From assembly GCA_048538235.1 (NCBI GenBank), contig JBLYPX010000001.1:787011-851010 (forward strand): a stretch of DNA of 64,000 nucleotides, written 5' to 3'. The notes under the pieces are model-generated. The model was given only the letters and a program-made list of their open reading frames with translations, ran no database searches and was not told the origin of the DNA. Positions 35,656-48,019 of this stretch are shown one piece after another. The stretch is from Candidatus Komeilibacteria bacterium (GTDB lineage Bacteria; Patescibacteriota; Patescibacteriia; UBA1558). A program made the position numbers and the translations under genes. Numbering within the stretch: position 1 is the first letter of the stretch; each line of letters begins with the position of its first letter.

Positions 35656-36675
35656 TTAATTTGCTTTTCTCTCTTCTTTTACTACTTTCCAAGTTTCCTT
35701 TTTAATCTTATCCATCAGCTTCTTGTTAGATTTTAAATAGTCTTTAGCTGTTTCTCTTCCTACGCCAAGTTTTTCTTCTCCATAAGTATAGCTAGCACCA
35801 GCTTTTTTTATTATTCCTTTATCTACACCCAAATCTATTACATCGCCAGCAATTGAAATTCCTTCATTATACATAATGTCGAATTCGCAGTTCTGGAATG
35901 GAGGAGCAACTTTATTTTTAACTATTTTACATCTAACTCTGTTACCAATAAATTTATCGCCCTTCTTTAGTTGAGCTGCTTTACGAACCTCTATACGAAC
36001 AGAAGAATAAAATTTTAATGCCATACCACCAGAAGTAGTTTCTGGATTGCCAAACATAATACCAATCTTCATTCTAGTTTGGTTAATAAAGATGAGTACA
36101 GTTTTTGTCTTTGAAACTACGCCAGATAACTTTCTTAAAGCTTGACTCATCAGTCTTGCCTGTAGACCAACATGAGAGTCTCCCATATCTCCTTCTATTT
36201 CTTTTTTAGGAACAAGAGCTGCGACTGAATCAACTACAACTACGTCAATTCCATTTGAGCGTACAAGTGTTTCAGTAATTTCTAAAGCCTGTTCACCAGT
36301 ATCTGGTTGGGATATTAATAGTTCATCTACATTAACACCAATTTTTTTGGCATATTCTGGATCTAAGGCATGTTCAGCATCAACAAAGGCAGCTGTACCA
36401 CCAGCTTTTTGTACCTCAGCAACTATGTGTTGAGCGAGGGTTGTCTTGCCAGAAGCTTCTGGTCCATAGACTTCAATAATTCTTCCTCTTGGTACACCTC
36501 CTATGCCTAAAGAAATATCTAATGATAAACAACCAGTTGAAACAGCATCAACTTCCATAATTTTGGCTTCACCAAATTTCATAATAGCGCCATCACCAAA
36601 TTTTTCTCTTATTTGATCAACTGCAGCTATTGCCGCGTTGCCACGTTCTTGATTGGCAGTGTCTTTTTTTGTCAT
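35656..36675 (-). CDS. recA: recombinase RecA
   Basis: 339 aa. [42 protein letters not shown]. Confidence 0.95.
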   Translation of the reverse strand: MTKKDTANQERGNAAIAAVDQIREKFGDGAIMKFGEAKIMEVDAVSTGCLSLDISLGIGGVPRGRIIEVYGPEASGKTTLAQHIVAEVQKAGGTAAFVDAEHALDPEYAKKIGVNVDELLISQPDTGEQALEITETLVRSNGIDVVVVDSVAALVPKKEIEGDMGDSHVGLQARLMSQALRKLSGVVSKTKTVLIFINQTRMKIGIMFGNPETTSGGMALKFYSSVRIEVRKAAQLKKGDKFIGNRVRCKIVKNKVAPPFQNCEFDIMYNEGISIAGDVIDLGVDKGIIKKAGASYTYGEEKLGVGRETAKDYLKSNKKLMDKIKKETWKVVKEERKAN

Positions 36676-36705
36676 ATTTTCTTGTTAATTATTTAAAGAC
36701 CCTGT

Positions 36706-37422
36706 TTAAAAGTCTGATTGTATAGATAATGATGTATTTACCCTGTTTACCTGCTGTTCTTGTCTGAATACGGAAATAGTTATTTGTTTTTGGGCTCCGT
36801 GTTTCTTAACGGCGGTTACTTCTAATATGTTTAAACCTAAGGATAAATTAATGTCTTTAGCGAAATCTCCATTCGCATCTGCTAGCACAAGTTCATTATT
36901 AATTGTTAACTCTATTTCTGGATCAGTTTCTCCACTAATTGTTATTAATCTAGAGTCAGTCGTAATATTATTAGCTGGCTCATGTATTAATAGTGATGGT
37001 GGCTTAATAATATTATATACTCCTGTTCCTATATAGAAGATAAAAGCAAATGTAGCCAGAGCGATACCAGTTGCTCTAAGAGTTTTTGGATTTAACCACG
37101 AAAGCCAACTATCTTTATGAACACTTGGTCTATCAAAGCCAGTGAATTGCATTTGTACTCCTTTTTCTCTGTCATACTCTTTGATTAACCAACGTATATC
37201 TAAATCTAATAATTTACCATAAGATCTTAACCATTGTTGAGCATAAACCTCTCCTGGTAAAGACTCATAGGCACCATCTTCTAAAGCTTCTAAATACTTA
37301 ACTTGTATATTAAGTTTTTTTGAAACATCCACCAATTCTAGAGACTGTTCCTCTCTTGTCTTTCTTAATGTTTCAGGCACTGTTTGGTGAGAGACTACTT
37401 TTTTTGTAATAAATGAATTCAT
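36706..37422 (-). CDS. RodZ-like protein: cytoplasmic HTH (XRE-like), single TM, extracytoplasmic DUF4115-like domain
   Basis: 239 aa from the ATG at 37420-37422 (MNSFITKK…). The ORF-track start at 37521 would overlap ftsK by about 100 nt. HTH ETLRKTREEQSLELVDVSKKLNIQVKYLEALEDG. TM IALATFAFIFYIGTGVYNII. Confidence 0.55.
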   Translation of the reverse strand: MNSFITKKVVSHQTVPETLRKTREEQSLELVDVSKKLNIQVKYLEALEDGAYESLPGEVYAQQWLRSYGKLLDLDIRWLIKEYDREKGVQMQFTGFDRPSVHKDSWLSWLNPKTLRATGIALATFAFIFYIGTGVYNIIKPPSLLIHEPANNITTDSRLITISGETDPEIELTINNELVLADANGDFAKDINLSLGLNILEVTAVKKHGAQKQITISVFRQEQQVNRVNTSLSIQSDF

Positions 37423-37423
37423 G

Positions 37424-39697
37424 TTATTTATCCTCTTCCTCTTCATTATATTCATCGTCTTTGTTTTGTCCAGAGTCTTCATTTTCTGACGTTTCATCTG
37501 AATCATCATCTTCCCATTCATCAGTATATTCTCTCATATCTAGATTTTCCTCAAGATCCTCTTGTCTTAACAAAACTTCTCTTGGTTTAGCTCCATTAGG
37601 AGGACCAACTATACCTTTTTCTTCTAGCATATCCAGTAGACTAGCAGCTCTAGCATAACCAACTCTTAATCTTCTTTGTAACAATGAAGCAGATGCTTTA
37701 CCAGCCTTAACTACAACTTCTTGAGCATCAGTTAATAGTTCATCCTCATCATTACCTCCACCAAGTGTGCCACCAGGCATACTACCAATTTTTTGTCTTT
37801 CAACAATTGCTTCGTCATATTCTGGCTCACCTTGTTCTTTCCAGAAATTTACAACATTGTTTATTTCCTTTTCTGAAACAAAAGCACCTTGTAATCTTCT
37901 TGGTTCAGGAAGTTCAGAAGAAGTGTATAACATGTCTCCATTGCCAAGTAGTTTTTCAGCACCAGGAGAATCTATGATTGTTCTTGAATCAATATTTGAA
38001 GCAACAGAAAAAGCTATTCTAGTTGTAATATTGGCTTTAATTAAACCAGTAATAACATTAGTAGAAGGTCTCTGTGTAGCAATTATTAAATGAATACCAA
38101 CTGCTCTAGCAAGCTGCGCAAGTCTAATAATTGATGGCTCTACATCTTTTGGATTAATAACCATCAACTCAGCAAGTTCATCAATTATTATTACCAAATA
38201 AGGCATTCTGTTAACCAAAACACTGCTATTGTATGATTCTATATCTTTCTTACCAACGCTTTGTAAAAGTTTATATCTTTCTTCCATTTCACTAACTGCC
38301 CAGCGTAAGGCATTAATGGTTTTTGGAATCTCCGTAATAATTGGAGTTAATAAATGAGGGATATTATTGTATACAGACAACTCAACTCTCTTTGGGTCTA
38401 CCATTATGAACTTAAGTTCGTCTGGATGGTATTTGTATAAAAGGCTGACAATAAATGCATTTAGGCAAACGCTTTTACCTGAACCAGTTGCACCAGCAAT
38501 CAGACAATGAGGCATTTTAGATATGTAAGTAACCTTTGATTCTCCAGACACATCTTTACCAAGAGCAACTACTAGTGGTTTAGGAGCTCTTTGAAAGCTG
38601 TCAGATTCAATAATTTCTCTTAATTTAACAACAGCTACTTTTTTGTTTGGTACTTCTACACCTACTAATGATTTACCAGGAATAGGAGCTTCAATACGAA
38701 TACGTTTAGCAGCTAGAGCTAAAGCAATATCCTTATCTAAAGCTGTTATTTGAGATAGTTTAATACCATCGGCAGGTTTAAAGGTAAACTGTGTGACTGT
38801 TGGCCCAATATTTGCTTCGCCCATAGTTACTTCTATGTTGAAGTTCTCAAAAGTTTTACGTATTTTTTCTGCACTAGAATCTATATCTCCGCTAGTTGGT
38901 TCGCTACCATTTTTATCTAATAAATCTATTGGAACCTTTACCTTAGGAGCTTTCTTCCTAGGCTTTGGCATTTCAATTAATTCATTATCTGAAGATTCTT
39001 TTTTGTTGGTTTTTTCTTCTACAACCTCTTCATCTTCTTCCTCTTCATAGTCTTCTTCATCTTCATCTTCTTCGTAATCATCTTCTTCGTACTCTTCTTC
39101 CTCTTCATAGTCTTCTTCATAATCTTTACCACTTCTGTTGAAAGAGAAAGATTTTATCTTAAGCCATAACAATCTAAAGATATTAACTTTATTACCAAGC
39201 TCATCTAAGGAGATGTTAAAAGATATTAAAATAGATATTAAAAGTAAACCTAACAAAATTACAAAAGAGGCAAAACCACCCATAGCTTGTTGTAATGGTT
39301 GGGTTATAGCATAACCAATATATCCACCACCCTGATCAGCTGTAAAAGTATTTTGTAAATTATTGAAATCATGTATTAATTCTAAAAGTCCTGAGTAGGC
39401 TAGAATAACAAAAAATAATCCAAGATAATTGCTAGGCTTTAATAAGTATTTATCTGGATTAAGAAGGAAATATCCCCACATTAAAAGTAGTAGCGGGAAT
39501 ATCCATTTACCCCACCCTAGGATCATTCCTAGGATTTGATCAGTAATTATTCCAAAAGCTCCAGCCAGATTTAGCAAAGCAAGTAGTGCAAGTAGTGCAA
39601 TAAGGAAAATTAGGATAATAAAGATACCTTTTTTAGTCTCAGCAGATAGAATTTCACTGTTTTTTCTACCTCTTTTTGATTTTTTCTTTTTAGCCAT
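37424..39697 (-). CDS. ftsK: DNA translocase FtsK/SpoIIIE with acidic D/Y/E-repeat linker
   Basis: 757 aa. N-terminal 4 TM. Linker EDYEEEEEYEEDDYEEDEDEEDYEEEEDEE. Motor with Walker A GATGSGKSV. C-terminal gamma winged helix LLQRRLRVGYARAASLLDMLEEKGIVG. Confidence 0.9.
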   Translation of the reverse strand: MAKKKKSKRGRKNSEILSAETKKGIFIILIFLIALLALLALLNLAGAFGIITDQILGMILGWGKWIFPLLLLMWGYFLLNPDKYLLKPSNYLGLFFVILAYSGLLELIHDFNNLQNTFTADQGGGYIGYAITQPLQQAMGGFASFVILLGLLLISILISFNISLDELGNKVNIFRLLWLKIKSFSFNRSGKDYEEDYEEEEEYEEDDYEEDEDEEDYEEEEDEEVVEEKTNKKESSDNELIEMPKPRKKAPKVKVPIDLLDKNGSEPTSGDIDSSAEKIRKTFENFNIEVTMGEANIGPTVTQFTFKPADGIKLSQITALDKDIALALAAKRIRIEAPIPGKSLVGVEVPNKKVAVVKLREIIESDSFQRAPKPLVVALGKDVSGESKVTYISKMPHCLIAGATGSGKSVCLNAFIVSLLYKYHPDELKFIMVDPKRVELSVYNNIPHLLTPIITEIPKTINALRWAVSEMEERYKLLQSVGKKDIESYNSSVLVNRMPYLVIIIDELAELMVINPKDVEPSIIRLAQLARAVGIHLIIATQRPSTNVITGLIKANITTRIAFSVASNIDSRTIIDSPGAEKLLGNGDMLYTSSELPEPRRLQGAFVSEKEINNVVNFWKEQGEPEYDEAIVERQKIGSMPGGTLGGGNDEDELLTDAQEVVVKAGKASASLLQRRLRVGYARAASLLDMLEEKGIVGPPNGAKPREVLLRQEDLEENLDMREYTDEWEDDDSDETSENEDSGQNKDDEYNEEEEDK

Positions 39698-39822
39698 TTT
39701 TTATGTTTAAAATACTCTTGAGTAGTGTATATTTTACCATTTTTAGGTCACTTCTACAACTTGATAATATACAAAAACAGGGCCAATAATGACCCTGTTT
39801 TATATATAACTGTTTTTCTTCC

Positions 39823-42800
39823 TTATTCTTTAAGTCCAGTACCGGCTGGTATTAATCTACCAATAATTACATTCTCCTTCAATCCTTTTAATTTGTCAAC
39901 TTTACCAGTAATAGCAGCATCTATTAATACTCTGGCAGTTTCTTGGAAAGAAGCAGCAGATAGCCAACTATCTGTAGATAGAGAGGCCTTAGTAATACCT
40001 AGTAGTAATGCATCACCAATAGCTTCTTTACCTTTTTCATCTGCAACCCTTTGGTTTTCTTCAATGAATTCTGAATAGGTTGTAACATCGCCAGGTAGCA
40101 TATTTGTATCACCAGAATCTATAACCATTATTCTTGAGAACATCTGACGGATAATAATTTCAATATGCTTCATATTAATCTTTTGACCTTGAGATGAATA
40201 AATCCACATAATCTCTTTAATAATATACTTTTCAGTAGATCTTCTGTCTTTCTTAGAGTATAGTTCTTTAAGATCAATACTTCCTTCTGTTAATGAATCG
40301 CCAGCTTTTAATTTATCTCCATTCTTAACACATAGACTGTATCCAGGTGGAATAATAATTTCCTTTGAAGCTTCAACAGGTGAGAATACTTGGATCTCTG
40401 TTTTACTAACTCTGATTTGACCATCATTTTTGGCAGTAATAGTTTTACTACCACTAATGTGTGCCATAATTACATCACCTGTTTTAACTTTATCATCAGC
40501 CTTAACTTTAACTTCATAATCTTCGTTTAAAGGATGGGTTTCAAGAGTTGGTCCAAAATACTTATACACTAGCTTTCTTTCTTTTCTGATACTCATGTCT
40601 GCATCTTTGTCTATAATTATTTCACCATCTTCATCTGCTAGAATAGCTTTCTTTCTAGGCTGTCTAGCTTCAAAGATTTCTTCAACTCTAGGTAAACCTT
40701 GAGTAATATCTCCAGCTGCTGCAACACCACCAGTATGGAAAGTTCTCATAGTAAGCTGTGTACCAGGCTCACCAATACTTTGAGCTGCTATAATACCAAC
40801 CGCTACACCATTCTTAACTGGTTCATTGTAAGCAAGATCCCAGCCATAACATTTTTGACACAAACCGCGAGTAGTTTTACAAGTCATATTAGATCTAATT
40901 GTAACCTCAGGAACTTCTGCTTTCATAATAGCTGCAACTGCTTCTCTGTCTATAATTCCATTCTTCTTTACAATAATATCTCCAGTCTTTGGATCTTTTA
41001 TTGTTGTCATAGCAAGTCTACCTAAGATTAATGCGTCTAGCTTTTCACCAATATCTTCAGCGTCTTGTAATGTTAATGTAAGACCTTCTGTATCTCCACA
41101 GTCTGGTTCAGAAATGATTAAGTCTTGAGAAACATCTACCAAACGTCTAGTTAGGTAACCAGCAGAAGCTGTACGAAGAGCAGTATCTGATAAACCTTTT
41201 CTAGCACCATGAGTTGAAATAAAGTACTCAAGCACATCAAGACCTTCTCTAAAGTTGGCCTTAATAGGAAGTTCAATAATTTCACCAGAAGGTGATACTA
41301 CAGAACCTTTCATACCCATAATCTGAATCAACTGTGCCCATGATCCACGAGCTCCAGAATTAATAACAGAATATAGTGATGAACCTGCGTCAAAAGATGC
41401 TTTACTTACATCTGTAATATCGTTCTTAATTTCATTCCAAGTTTCAATAACTTTAACATATCTTTCATGGTTGGTAAGAAGTCCATCATTAAACTGTTTT
41501 TGAATTTCTTGAACTCTTTCTTCACCACCTTTAATAATACCTGCCTTTTCTTTAATAATTGGCACATCGGCAATACTCCAAGATAGTCCTGACTTTGTAA
41601 TATATTCGTAAGCCAAATCTTTTAACTTATCTAATAATATTACAGCTTGTTCTGGTCCTGCTAAATGAATTGTTTGGCCAATAATATTTCTTAAATCTCC
41701 AGAGGTTAATGTTTTGTTAACAAAACCAATTTCTTTTGGAAGAATAGAATTAAAGATAAGTCTACCGACTGTAGTTTCTGTTAATTTATCTTCAATTTTT
41801 ATCTTAATAATTTCGTGTAAAGAAATATGATCAAGGTCGTAGGCAATTTTAGCTTCATTATAATCTGTAAAAGCTTTTGGATGCTCTTTCTTAGTTCCAC
41901 TATCATATGTTAAGTAATAGCTTCCCCAAACAATATCTTGATCAGCTGACATAACTGGTTGTCCAGTAGCAGGCTTTAATACATTCTTAGTAGAAAGCAT
42001 TATCTCAGCTGCTTCTTTTTTAGCTTCGTCTGTTAAAGGAACGTGAACAGCCATTTGGTCACCATCAAAGTCAGCATTAAAAGCTTTACATACCATAGGG
42101 TGAATCTGAATAGCTTTACCTTCAATAAGCTTTGGTTTAAAAGCTTGAATACCTAAACGGTGAAGCGTAGGAGCACGGTTAAGAAGTACATATGCTTCTT
42201 TTGTGACGTCTGCTAGAATATCCCAAACCTCAGGATGATCCTGTTCAATATATCTGTTTGCAGAACGAACATTGTGCACTATTTCATCTTTAATAAGTCT
42301 AGATATTACAAATGGTCTAAATAGTTCAAGAGCCATTATCTTTGGAATGCCACACTCTTCAATCTTTAATTTTGGTCCAGCAACAATTACTGAACGACCA
42401 GAGTAATCAATTCTTTTACCAAGTAAGTTCTGTCTGAAACGACCCTGCTTACCCTTTAACATATCTGCAATACTTTTTAGAGTTCTCTTTTGACCAGTTG
42501 AAGCTGTTACAGTTTTACTTCTTCTAGCATTATTATCTATTAAAGCATCAACAGCTTCCTGAAGCATTCTCTTTTCATTTCTTTGAATAATCTCAGGAGC
42601 GTTTAATTCTTTCAAACGTTTCAATCTATTGTTTCTATTAATAACTCTTCTGTATAGATCATTTAGATCTGAAGTTGCAAAACGTCCACCATCAAGAGCT
42701 ACCATTGGTCTTAAATCTGGTGGAATAACTGGAATAGCAGTCATGATCATCCACTCAGGTCTAATTTCATTAACTATTAAATTCTTAACCAACTTTAATC

Positions 42801-43722
42801 TCTTAGTAATCTTTTTTAATTTAGAAGGAATAGCAACAGCTTTTTCTTCTTTTAATTCTTCAGCTAGTTTTTCTAGATCAACTCTGGCTAAAAGATATTT
42901 AATAGCCTCAGCACCAATATTTGCACTAAATACATGACCATATTTCATAGATAGGTCTTGGTATTTACTTTCAGAGATAATTTGGTTTATTTTTAAATCT
43001 CTTAATTCTTTCTTAGCTCTATCTGCTGCTTCTTGTAAGTGATTTAATTTATCTTCACGAGCTGTTTCAATAACCTGTATTTGTTCAATAGATTCTTTTT
43101 CAATCTTTTCTTTAGTTTTATCATCTGCTGCTTTGCTTAACTTATCTGCCTTTACTTTATTTACTTGATTTATCTTTTGATCAAATTCATTCTTAATACT
43201 TTTTGTCTTAGATTTGAGTTCAGTCTTTAACTGTTCCATTGTTTGTTCTCTTAAATCTTCATCAACATCTGTAATAACAAAAGATGCAAAGTAAATAACC
43301 TTTTCAAGTTCTTGTGATGACATGTCTAGAACAAGTCCAATACGTGATGGAATACCACGTAGAAACCAAATGTGAGAAACTGGAGTAGAAAGGTCAATGT
43401 GGCCCATGCGTTCACGTCTAACAATAGCTCTAGTTACTTCAACGCCACATTTGTCACAAACAATACCTTTGTAACGAATACGTTTGTATTTACCACAATA
43501 GCATTCCCAGTCTTTTGATGGTCCAAATATCTTTTCACAGAAAAGACCATCCTTTTCTGGTTTTTGAGTACGGTAATTAATAGTCTCTGGTTTTAGAATC
43601 TCACCGTGAGACCATTTATGAATTACTTCTGGGCTAGCCAATCTTAACTTAATAGCATCAAACTCTAAATTAGCAGTAGTTTGAGGTATAAAAGTTGTCT
43701 TGGTTGATGATGGAGTAGGCAT
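39823..43722 (-). CDS. rpoC: DNA-directed RNA polymerase subunit beta'
   Basis: 1299 aa. Zinc-binding CYCGKYKRIRYKGIVCDKCG. Catalytic NADFDGD. Confidence 0.95.
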   Translation of the reverse strand: MPTPSSTKTTFIPQTTANLEFDAIKLRLASPEVIHKWSHGEILKPETINYRTQKPEKDGLFCEKIFGPSKDWECYCGKYKRIRYKGIVCDKCGVEVTRAIVRRERMGHIDLSTPVSHIWFLRGIPSRIGLVLDMSSQELEKVIYFASFVITDVDEDLREQTMEQLKTELKSKTKSIKNEFDQKINQVNKVKADKLSKAADDKTKEKIEKESIEQIQVIETAREDKLNHLQEAADRAKKELRDLKINQIISESKYQDLSMKYGHVFSANIGAEAIKYLLARVDLEKLAEELKEEKAVAIPSKLKKITKRLKLVKNLIVNEIRPEWMIMTAIPVIPPDLRPMVALDGGRFATSDLNDLYRRVINRNNRLKRLKELNAPEIIQRNEKRMLQEAVDALIDNNARRSKTVTASTGQKRTLKSIADMLKGKQGRFRQNLLGKRIDYSGRSVIVAGPKLKIEECGIPKIMALELFRPFVISRLIKDEIVHNVRSANRYIEQDHPEVWDILADVTKEAYVLLNRAPTLHRLGIQAFKPKLIEGKAIQIHPMVCKAFNADFDGDQMAVHVPLTDEAKKEAAEIMLSTKNVLKPATGQPVMSADQDIVWGSYYLTYDSGTKKEHPKAFTDYNEAKIAYDLDHISLHEIIKIKIEDKLTETTVGRLIFNSILPKEIGFVNKTLTSGDLRNIIGQTIHLAGPEQAVILLDKLKDLAYEYITKSGLSWSIADVPIIKEKAGIIKGGEERVQEIQKQFNDGLLTNHERYVKVIETWNEIKNDITDVSKASFDAGSSLYSVINSGARGSWAQLIQIMGMKGSVVSPSGEIIELPIKANFREGLDVLEYFISTHGARKGLSDTALRTASAGYLTRRLVDVSQDLIISEPDCGDTEGLTLTLQDAEDIGEKLDALILGRLAMTTIKDPKTGDIIVKKNGIIDREAVAAIMKAEVPEVTIRSNMTCKTTRGLCQKCYGWDLAYNEPVKNGVAVGIIAAQSIGEPGTQLTMRTFHTGGVAAAGDITQGLPRVEEIFEARQPRKKAILADEDGEIIIDKDADMSIRKERKLVYKYFGPTLETHPLNEDYEVKVKADDKVKTGDVIMAHISGSKTITAKNDGQIRVSKTEIQVFSPVEASKEIIIPPGYSLCVKNGDKLKAGDSLTEGSIDLKELYSKKDRRSTEKYIIKEIMWIYSSQGQKINMKHIEIIIRQMFSRIMVIDSGDTNMLPGDVTTYSEFIEENQRVADEKGKEAIGDALLLGITKASLSTDSWLSAASFQETARVLIDAAITGKVDKLKGLKENVIIGRLIPAGTGLKE

Positions 43723-43746
43723 ATTATATATATTTAAATAGTTATA

Positions 43747-46700
43747 TTAATTATTCTCTTCTTGAAACTCTTCTTCATCTTGTTCCTGCTCCTCTTCATC
43801 TTTACTGCCAGATTTTTTATTCTTAACAAGATCAACTTCAAGTCCTAATCCTTTAAGTTCTCTAATAAGAACATTAAATGATTCAGGTATATTAACTTTA
43901 TCTATTGGTTCGCCTTTGATGATTGATTCATAAGCCTTGCTTCTACCAGGAACGTCATCTGACTTAATGGTCAATATTTCTTGTAAAGCATGAGCTGCAC
44001 CATATGCTTCTAAAGCCCAGACTTCCATTTCTCCAAATCTCTGACCACCAAATTGAGCTTTACCACCAAGTGGCTGTTGTGTAACAAGTGAGTAAGGTCC
44101 AATTGAACGTTGGTGAATCTTATCTTCAACTAAGTGATTTAGTTTTAACATGTAGGTAACACCAACAGTTGTCTTTTTATCGAAAGGCTTACCATTACGA
44201 CCATCAAATAATTGAAGCTTACCATCTTCAGGGTAGCCAGCTTTCTTTAACTCTTCAGCAATTTGTTCAGCCTTTACACCATTAAGAGCTGGTGTTGCAA
44301 CTCTATAGCCTAAAGCTTTAGCTGCTAGTCCTAAATGAGTTTCCATAAGCTGTCCTAAGTTCATACGAGAAATAACACCAAGTGGATTTAGAACAATATC
44401 TACAGGAGTACCATCTTCTAAGAATGGCATATCTTCTACAGGAATTATTCTTGAGATAACACCTTTGTTACCATGACGACCAGCCATCTTATCTCCAACT
44501 TGAATCTTACGTAATTGAGCAATTGTTACTTGAACAGATTTAATAACACCGGCTGGTAATTTATCTCCATTCTTTCTTGAGAAGATCTTAATGTCTATTA
44601 CCTTACCATGTTCACCATGTTCAAGATAAAGTGAAGTATCTCTAACATCTTTAGCTTTTTCACCAAAGATTGCTCTTAATAGTTTTTCTTCGGCAGATAA
44701 TTCTGTTTCACCTTTAGGTGTAATTTTACCAACTAATATATCTCCAGATGAAACTTGAGCACCAACTCTAATTATTCCTTCTTCATCTAAGTCTTTTAGT
44801 TTTTCTTCACCCACATTAGGGATATCTTTAGTTATTAACTCTGGTCCAAGTTTTGTATCTCTAATATCTATTGAATAGTTTTCAATATGTACCGATGTAT
44901 ATCTGTCTTGTTCTACAACTCTTTCAGAAATTAGAATAGCATCTTCATAGTTACCACCATCCCAAGTCATGTATGCAACTAGTATGTTTTGTCCTAAAGC
45001 AAGTTCGCCGTGTTCTGTAGAAGCACCGTCAGCAATAGCTTCACCAGTTACAACCTTGTCGCCAACATTTACTATTGGTTTCTGGTTGATTGATGTACCA
45101 GCATTAGAACGCATAAATTTATTTAAAGGATAATCATGGGTATGACCATCACTTGTTTTAAGTTGAATTAGGTTAGATTGAACTTTAACAACTTCACCGT
45201 CTTCTCTGGCAGCCACAGCCTGACCTGAGTCAATTGCAGCTCTTGCTTCCATACCAGTACCAATGATAGGGGTCTGTGGCTTAATAACAGAGACGCCCTG
45301 CCTTTGCATGTTTGTTCCCATCAAAGCACGAACAGCATCATCATTCTCAATAAATGGAATAAGAGCTGTAGATACACTAATGATTTGGTATGGTGATACA
45401 TCTACATAATCTATTGTTTCTACTTTCTCAAACGAAGGTCTTCCATTCTTTCTAACTTCAGCAAATTCATTAATAAAATGACCATCATCATCTGTTGGGG
45501 TAGTAGCTGCTGTTGTAGTTGAACGTTCTTCCATGAAAGCATCAACATATTCAATCTCATTCGTAATAACTGGTATTACAGGAATAGTTTTAATATTTTC
45601 ATTAGTTGCTAGATTCTTGGCTAGCTTCTCATCTACTTTAGTGCCTTTTTTAGCAACTGTTTTGCCAGATTCAGAATCTATTAAATCTTGTCTTAAGGTA
45701 TAACCAATTGCATCAACACCATTGTTCTTAGGATTATGAACAACTTTCTTATATGGAGTTTCAATAAATCCATACTTATTAACTCTGGCATAAGAAGATA
45801 ATTGTCCAACCAGTCCAATGTTTGGACCTTCAGGTGTTGCAATTGGACAAATACGTCCATAGTGAGTTCTGTGTACGTCACGAACTTCAAATCCAGCTCT
45901 TTCTCTAGATAAACCACCAGGACCCATAGCAGATAAACGTCTCTTATGTTCTAGTTCAGATAAAGGATTAATTTGATCCATGAACTGAGATAATTGAGAG
46001 CTCATAAAGAACTCTTTAATAGTACCAATAACAGGTCTAGCATTAATAAGCTGGTTTGGAGTTAAAGTGTGAATGTCTAATGTGCTCATTCTATCTCTAA
46101 TAATTCTTTCCATACGAGCAAGACCAATTCTGAATTTGTTTTGAATAAGTTCACCAATAGCACGAATTCGTCTATTACCTAAGTGATCAATATCGTCAGC
46201 ATCTTCTTGTGTAACATTAAGTCTAATAATTTCTTTAATAATTCTTACCAAGTCATCTACCAGTAGTACTCTATTAGTTTTATCTATTGGATAATTAGTA
46301 TCAAAACGTTTATTTAATTTATATCTACCAACTGGACCAAAATCATAACGATCAAAGTTAAAGAACATTGCGTGAATTAAACTTCTAGCATTGTCTGCTG
46401 TTGCTAAATCTCCTGGTCTAATACGTTTGTATACTTCAATCAAACCATCTTCTTCATTTTTTGATGTATCCTTCTGTAATGTAGTTTCTAAATATTTTTT
46501 TACAGCTGTTTCATCTAAATCTGAGAACAAACTCAAGATATCTTGATTAGTTCCATAACCAAAAGCTCTAAGTAAAGCAGTAACTGCAACCTTACGTTTA
46601 CGATCTATCTTAACAAAAATACCGTTATTTGATTCTGTTTCAATTTCTAGCCAAGCACCACGATTAGGAATAATCTTTGCACCATATAATTTTTTACCTC

Positions 46701-47142
46701 TGTATGGATTTGAAGTAAAAAAAGCACCAGCTGATCTAATTAGCTGGGACACAACCACTCTTTCAACACCATTAACAATAAAGGTGCCTTTATTTGTCAT
46801 TAAAGGGAAATCGCCTAAATATATTTCCTGTTCTTTAATTTCACCAGTCTTTTTATTAACTAGTTTAACCTTTACACGCAAAGGTGCTTCATAGGTAATG
46901 TTTCTATCTCTAGCTGTAGCTTCATCAAACTTAGCCTCATCTAGATAGTAATCCATTAAGTACAATTCAAGATTTCGTCCAATATAGTCTGTAATTGGAT
47001 TAATCTCTTCAAAGAGTTCTTTTATACCTTCATCAAAAAACCATTTGTAAGAATCTTTTTGTAACTGAGTAAGATCTGGCAACGGCATAGCGTTGCGATT
47101 AGGTGAGAAATACTTTCTTTCACCGAGTGGGTGTATAGGCAT
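43747..47142 (-). CDS. rpoB: DNA-directed RNA polymerase subunit beta, acidic C-terminal tail
   Basis: 1131 aa. Rif-cluster region (…[30 protein letters not shown]…). C-terminal [17 protein letters not shown]. Confidence 0.95.
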   Translation of the reverse strand: MPIHPLGERKYFSPNRNAMPLPDLTQLQKDSYKWFFDEGIKELFEEINPITDYIGRNLELYLMDYYLDEAKFDEATARDRNITYEAPLRVKVKLVNKKTGEIKEQEIYLGDFPLMTNKGTFIVNGVERVVVSQLIRSAGAFFTSNPYRGKKLYGAKIIPNRGAWLEIETESNNGIFVKIDRKRKVAVTALLRAFGYGTNQDILSLFSDLDETAVKKYLETTLQKDTSKNEEDGLIEVYKRIRPGDLATADNARSLIHAMFFNFDRYDFGPVGRYKLNKRFDTNYPIDKTNRVLLVDDLVRIIKEIIRLNVTQEDADDIDHLGNRRIRAIGELIQNKFRIGLARMERIIRDRMSTLDIHTLTPNQLINARPVIGTIKEFFMSSQLSQFMDQINPLSELEHKRRLSAMGPGGLSRERAGFEVRDVHRTHYGRICPIATPEGPNIGLVGQLSSYARVNKYGFIETPYKKVVHNPKNNGVDAIGYTLRQDLIDSESGKTVAKKGTKVDEKLAKNLATNENIKTIPVIPVITNEIEYVDAFMEERSTTTAATTPTDDDGHFINEFAEVRKNGRPSFEKVETIDYVDVSPYQIISVSTALIPFIENDDAVRALMGTNMQRQGVSVIKPQTPIIGTGMEARAAIDSGQAVAAREDGEVVKVQSNLIQLKTSDGHTHDYPLNKFMRSNAGTSINQKPIVNVGDKVVTGEAIADGASTEHGELALGQNILVAYMTWDGGNYEDAILISERVVEQDRYTSVHIENYSIDIRDTKLGPELITKDIPNVGEEKLKDLDEEGIIRVGAQVSSGDILVGKITPKGETELSAEEKLLRAIFGEKAKDVRDTSLYLEHGEHGKVIDIKIFSRKNGDKLPAGVIKSVQVTIAQLRKIQVGDKMAGRHGNKGVISRIIPVEDMPFLEDGTPVDIVLNPLGVISRMNLGQLMETHLGLAAKALGYRVATPALNGVKAEQIAEELKKAGYPEDGKLQLFDGRNGKPFDKKTTVGVTYMLKLNHLVEDKIHQRSIGPYSLVTQQPLGGKAQFGGQRFGEMEVWALEAYGAAHALQEILTIKSDDVPGRSKAYESIIKGEPIDKVNIPESFNVLIRELKGLGLEVDLVKNKKSGSKDEEEQEQDEEEFQEENN

Positions 47143-47213
47143 AGTAGGGTATTATAAAAATTAAATATATAAATTAAATTACAATAAACTAAAGTACGAA
47201 AGTATTTTGGGCA

Positions 47214-47246
47214 CAAAAAAAGCTCCTCCACACCATTGTGGACGAG
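47214..47246 (-). terminator. terminator/attenuator-like hairpin CTCGTCCACA-ATGG-TGTGGAGGAG plus U7, 70 nt upstream of rpoB
   Basis: 10-bp stem (1 mismatch) followed by CTTTTTTT on the minus strand. Confidence 0.4.
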
Positions 47247-47590
47247 TTTAACAGCTATATTTAGCTAAAATTTGCGTTCCAACCCCCAAAAAACATGTGT
47301 ATATATTAGCTGATTTTCACTGTTTAGTCAAGGGTTTAGGCTAAAACATATATATTTTGGCTTATTTAAGCCAAAAAAATAAAAAGTAAAGAAAATATTT
47401 TTGTCAAATCTTTAAAAATAGCTGCTAATATTAGCTATTTTTCATCATGTTATCCACAGTCTATGTTAATAATTGTATTATATAGGTTGTTAATATTGAC
47501 AAAGTGGTTAAAATATGATAATCTTTGTTATTAAACACTCTGTTTAATTTAATTAGATCATTGAAAAGAAAACGTAAATAGGAGGAAGAG

Positions 47591-47971
47591 ATGAAGAAGG
47601 TTTTGTTTAACCACAAGGGCATTAAGGTCTTTAGGTTTACAACTCTTATCAATTGGGCTGTCGGACTAACCCTTTTGGTATTTTTTTTCAAGTTCGTGAT
47701 GGCAACTTTGGGACCAGAGCCGAGACGAATTGCCAACGAGGTTCTTTCAGGTGACACCACAGAGTACTGCGTTGATCATGGTATCTACAAGGACTCGCTT
47801 GTAGCGGCTATTTTCAAAAATGCTGATCTTCAACCAGATGAATCGCCCAGAAGTGGTAGGAAACAAATGTCTCGAGCTTATCTTCAGAAGATAGAGCCCT
47901 TAATTGAGGAAACTTTCGACTGGAGAAAACAAGTAGATGACAACAGAGCTGTTATCTGGTCGGAGTATTGA
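47591..47971 (+). CDS. hypothetical protein with N-terminal signal-anchor TM. First gene of a higher-GC islet
   Basis: 126 aa, preceded by AGGAGGAAGAG SD. GC is clearly above neighbouring rpoB. No family recognised. Confidence 0.45.
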   Translation: MKKVLFNHKGIKVFRFTTLINWAVGLTLLVFFFKFVMATLGPEPRRIANEVLSGDTTEYCVDHGIYKDSLVAAIFKNADLQPDESPRSGRKQMSRAYLQKIEPLIEETFDWRKQVDDNRAVIWSEY

Positions 47972-48019
47972 GAAGCTTATATCGAAATCCCTCATGACAA
48001 ATCTCACGTTCCACAGAAA

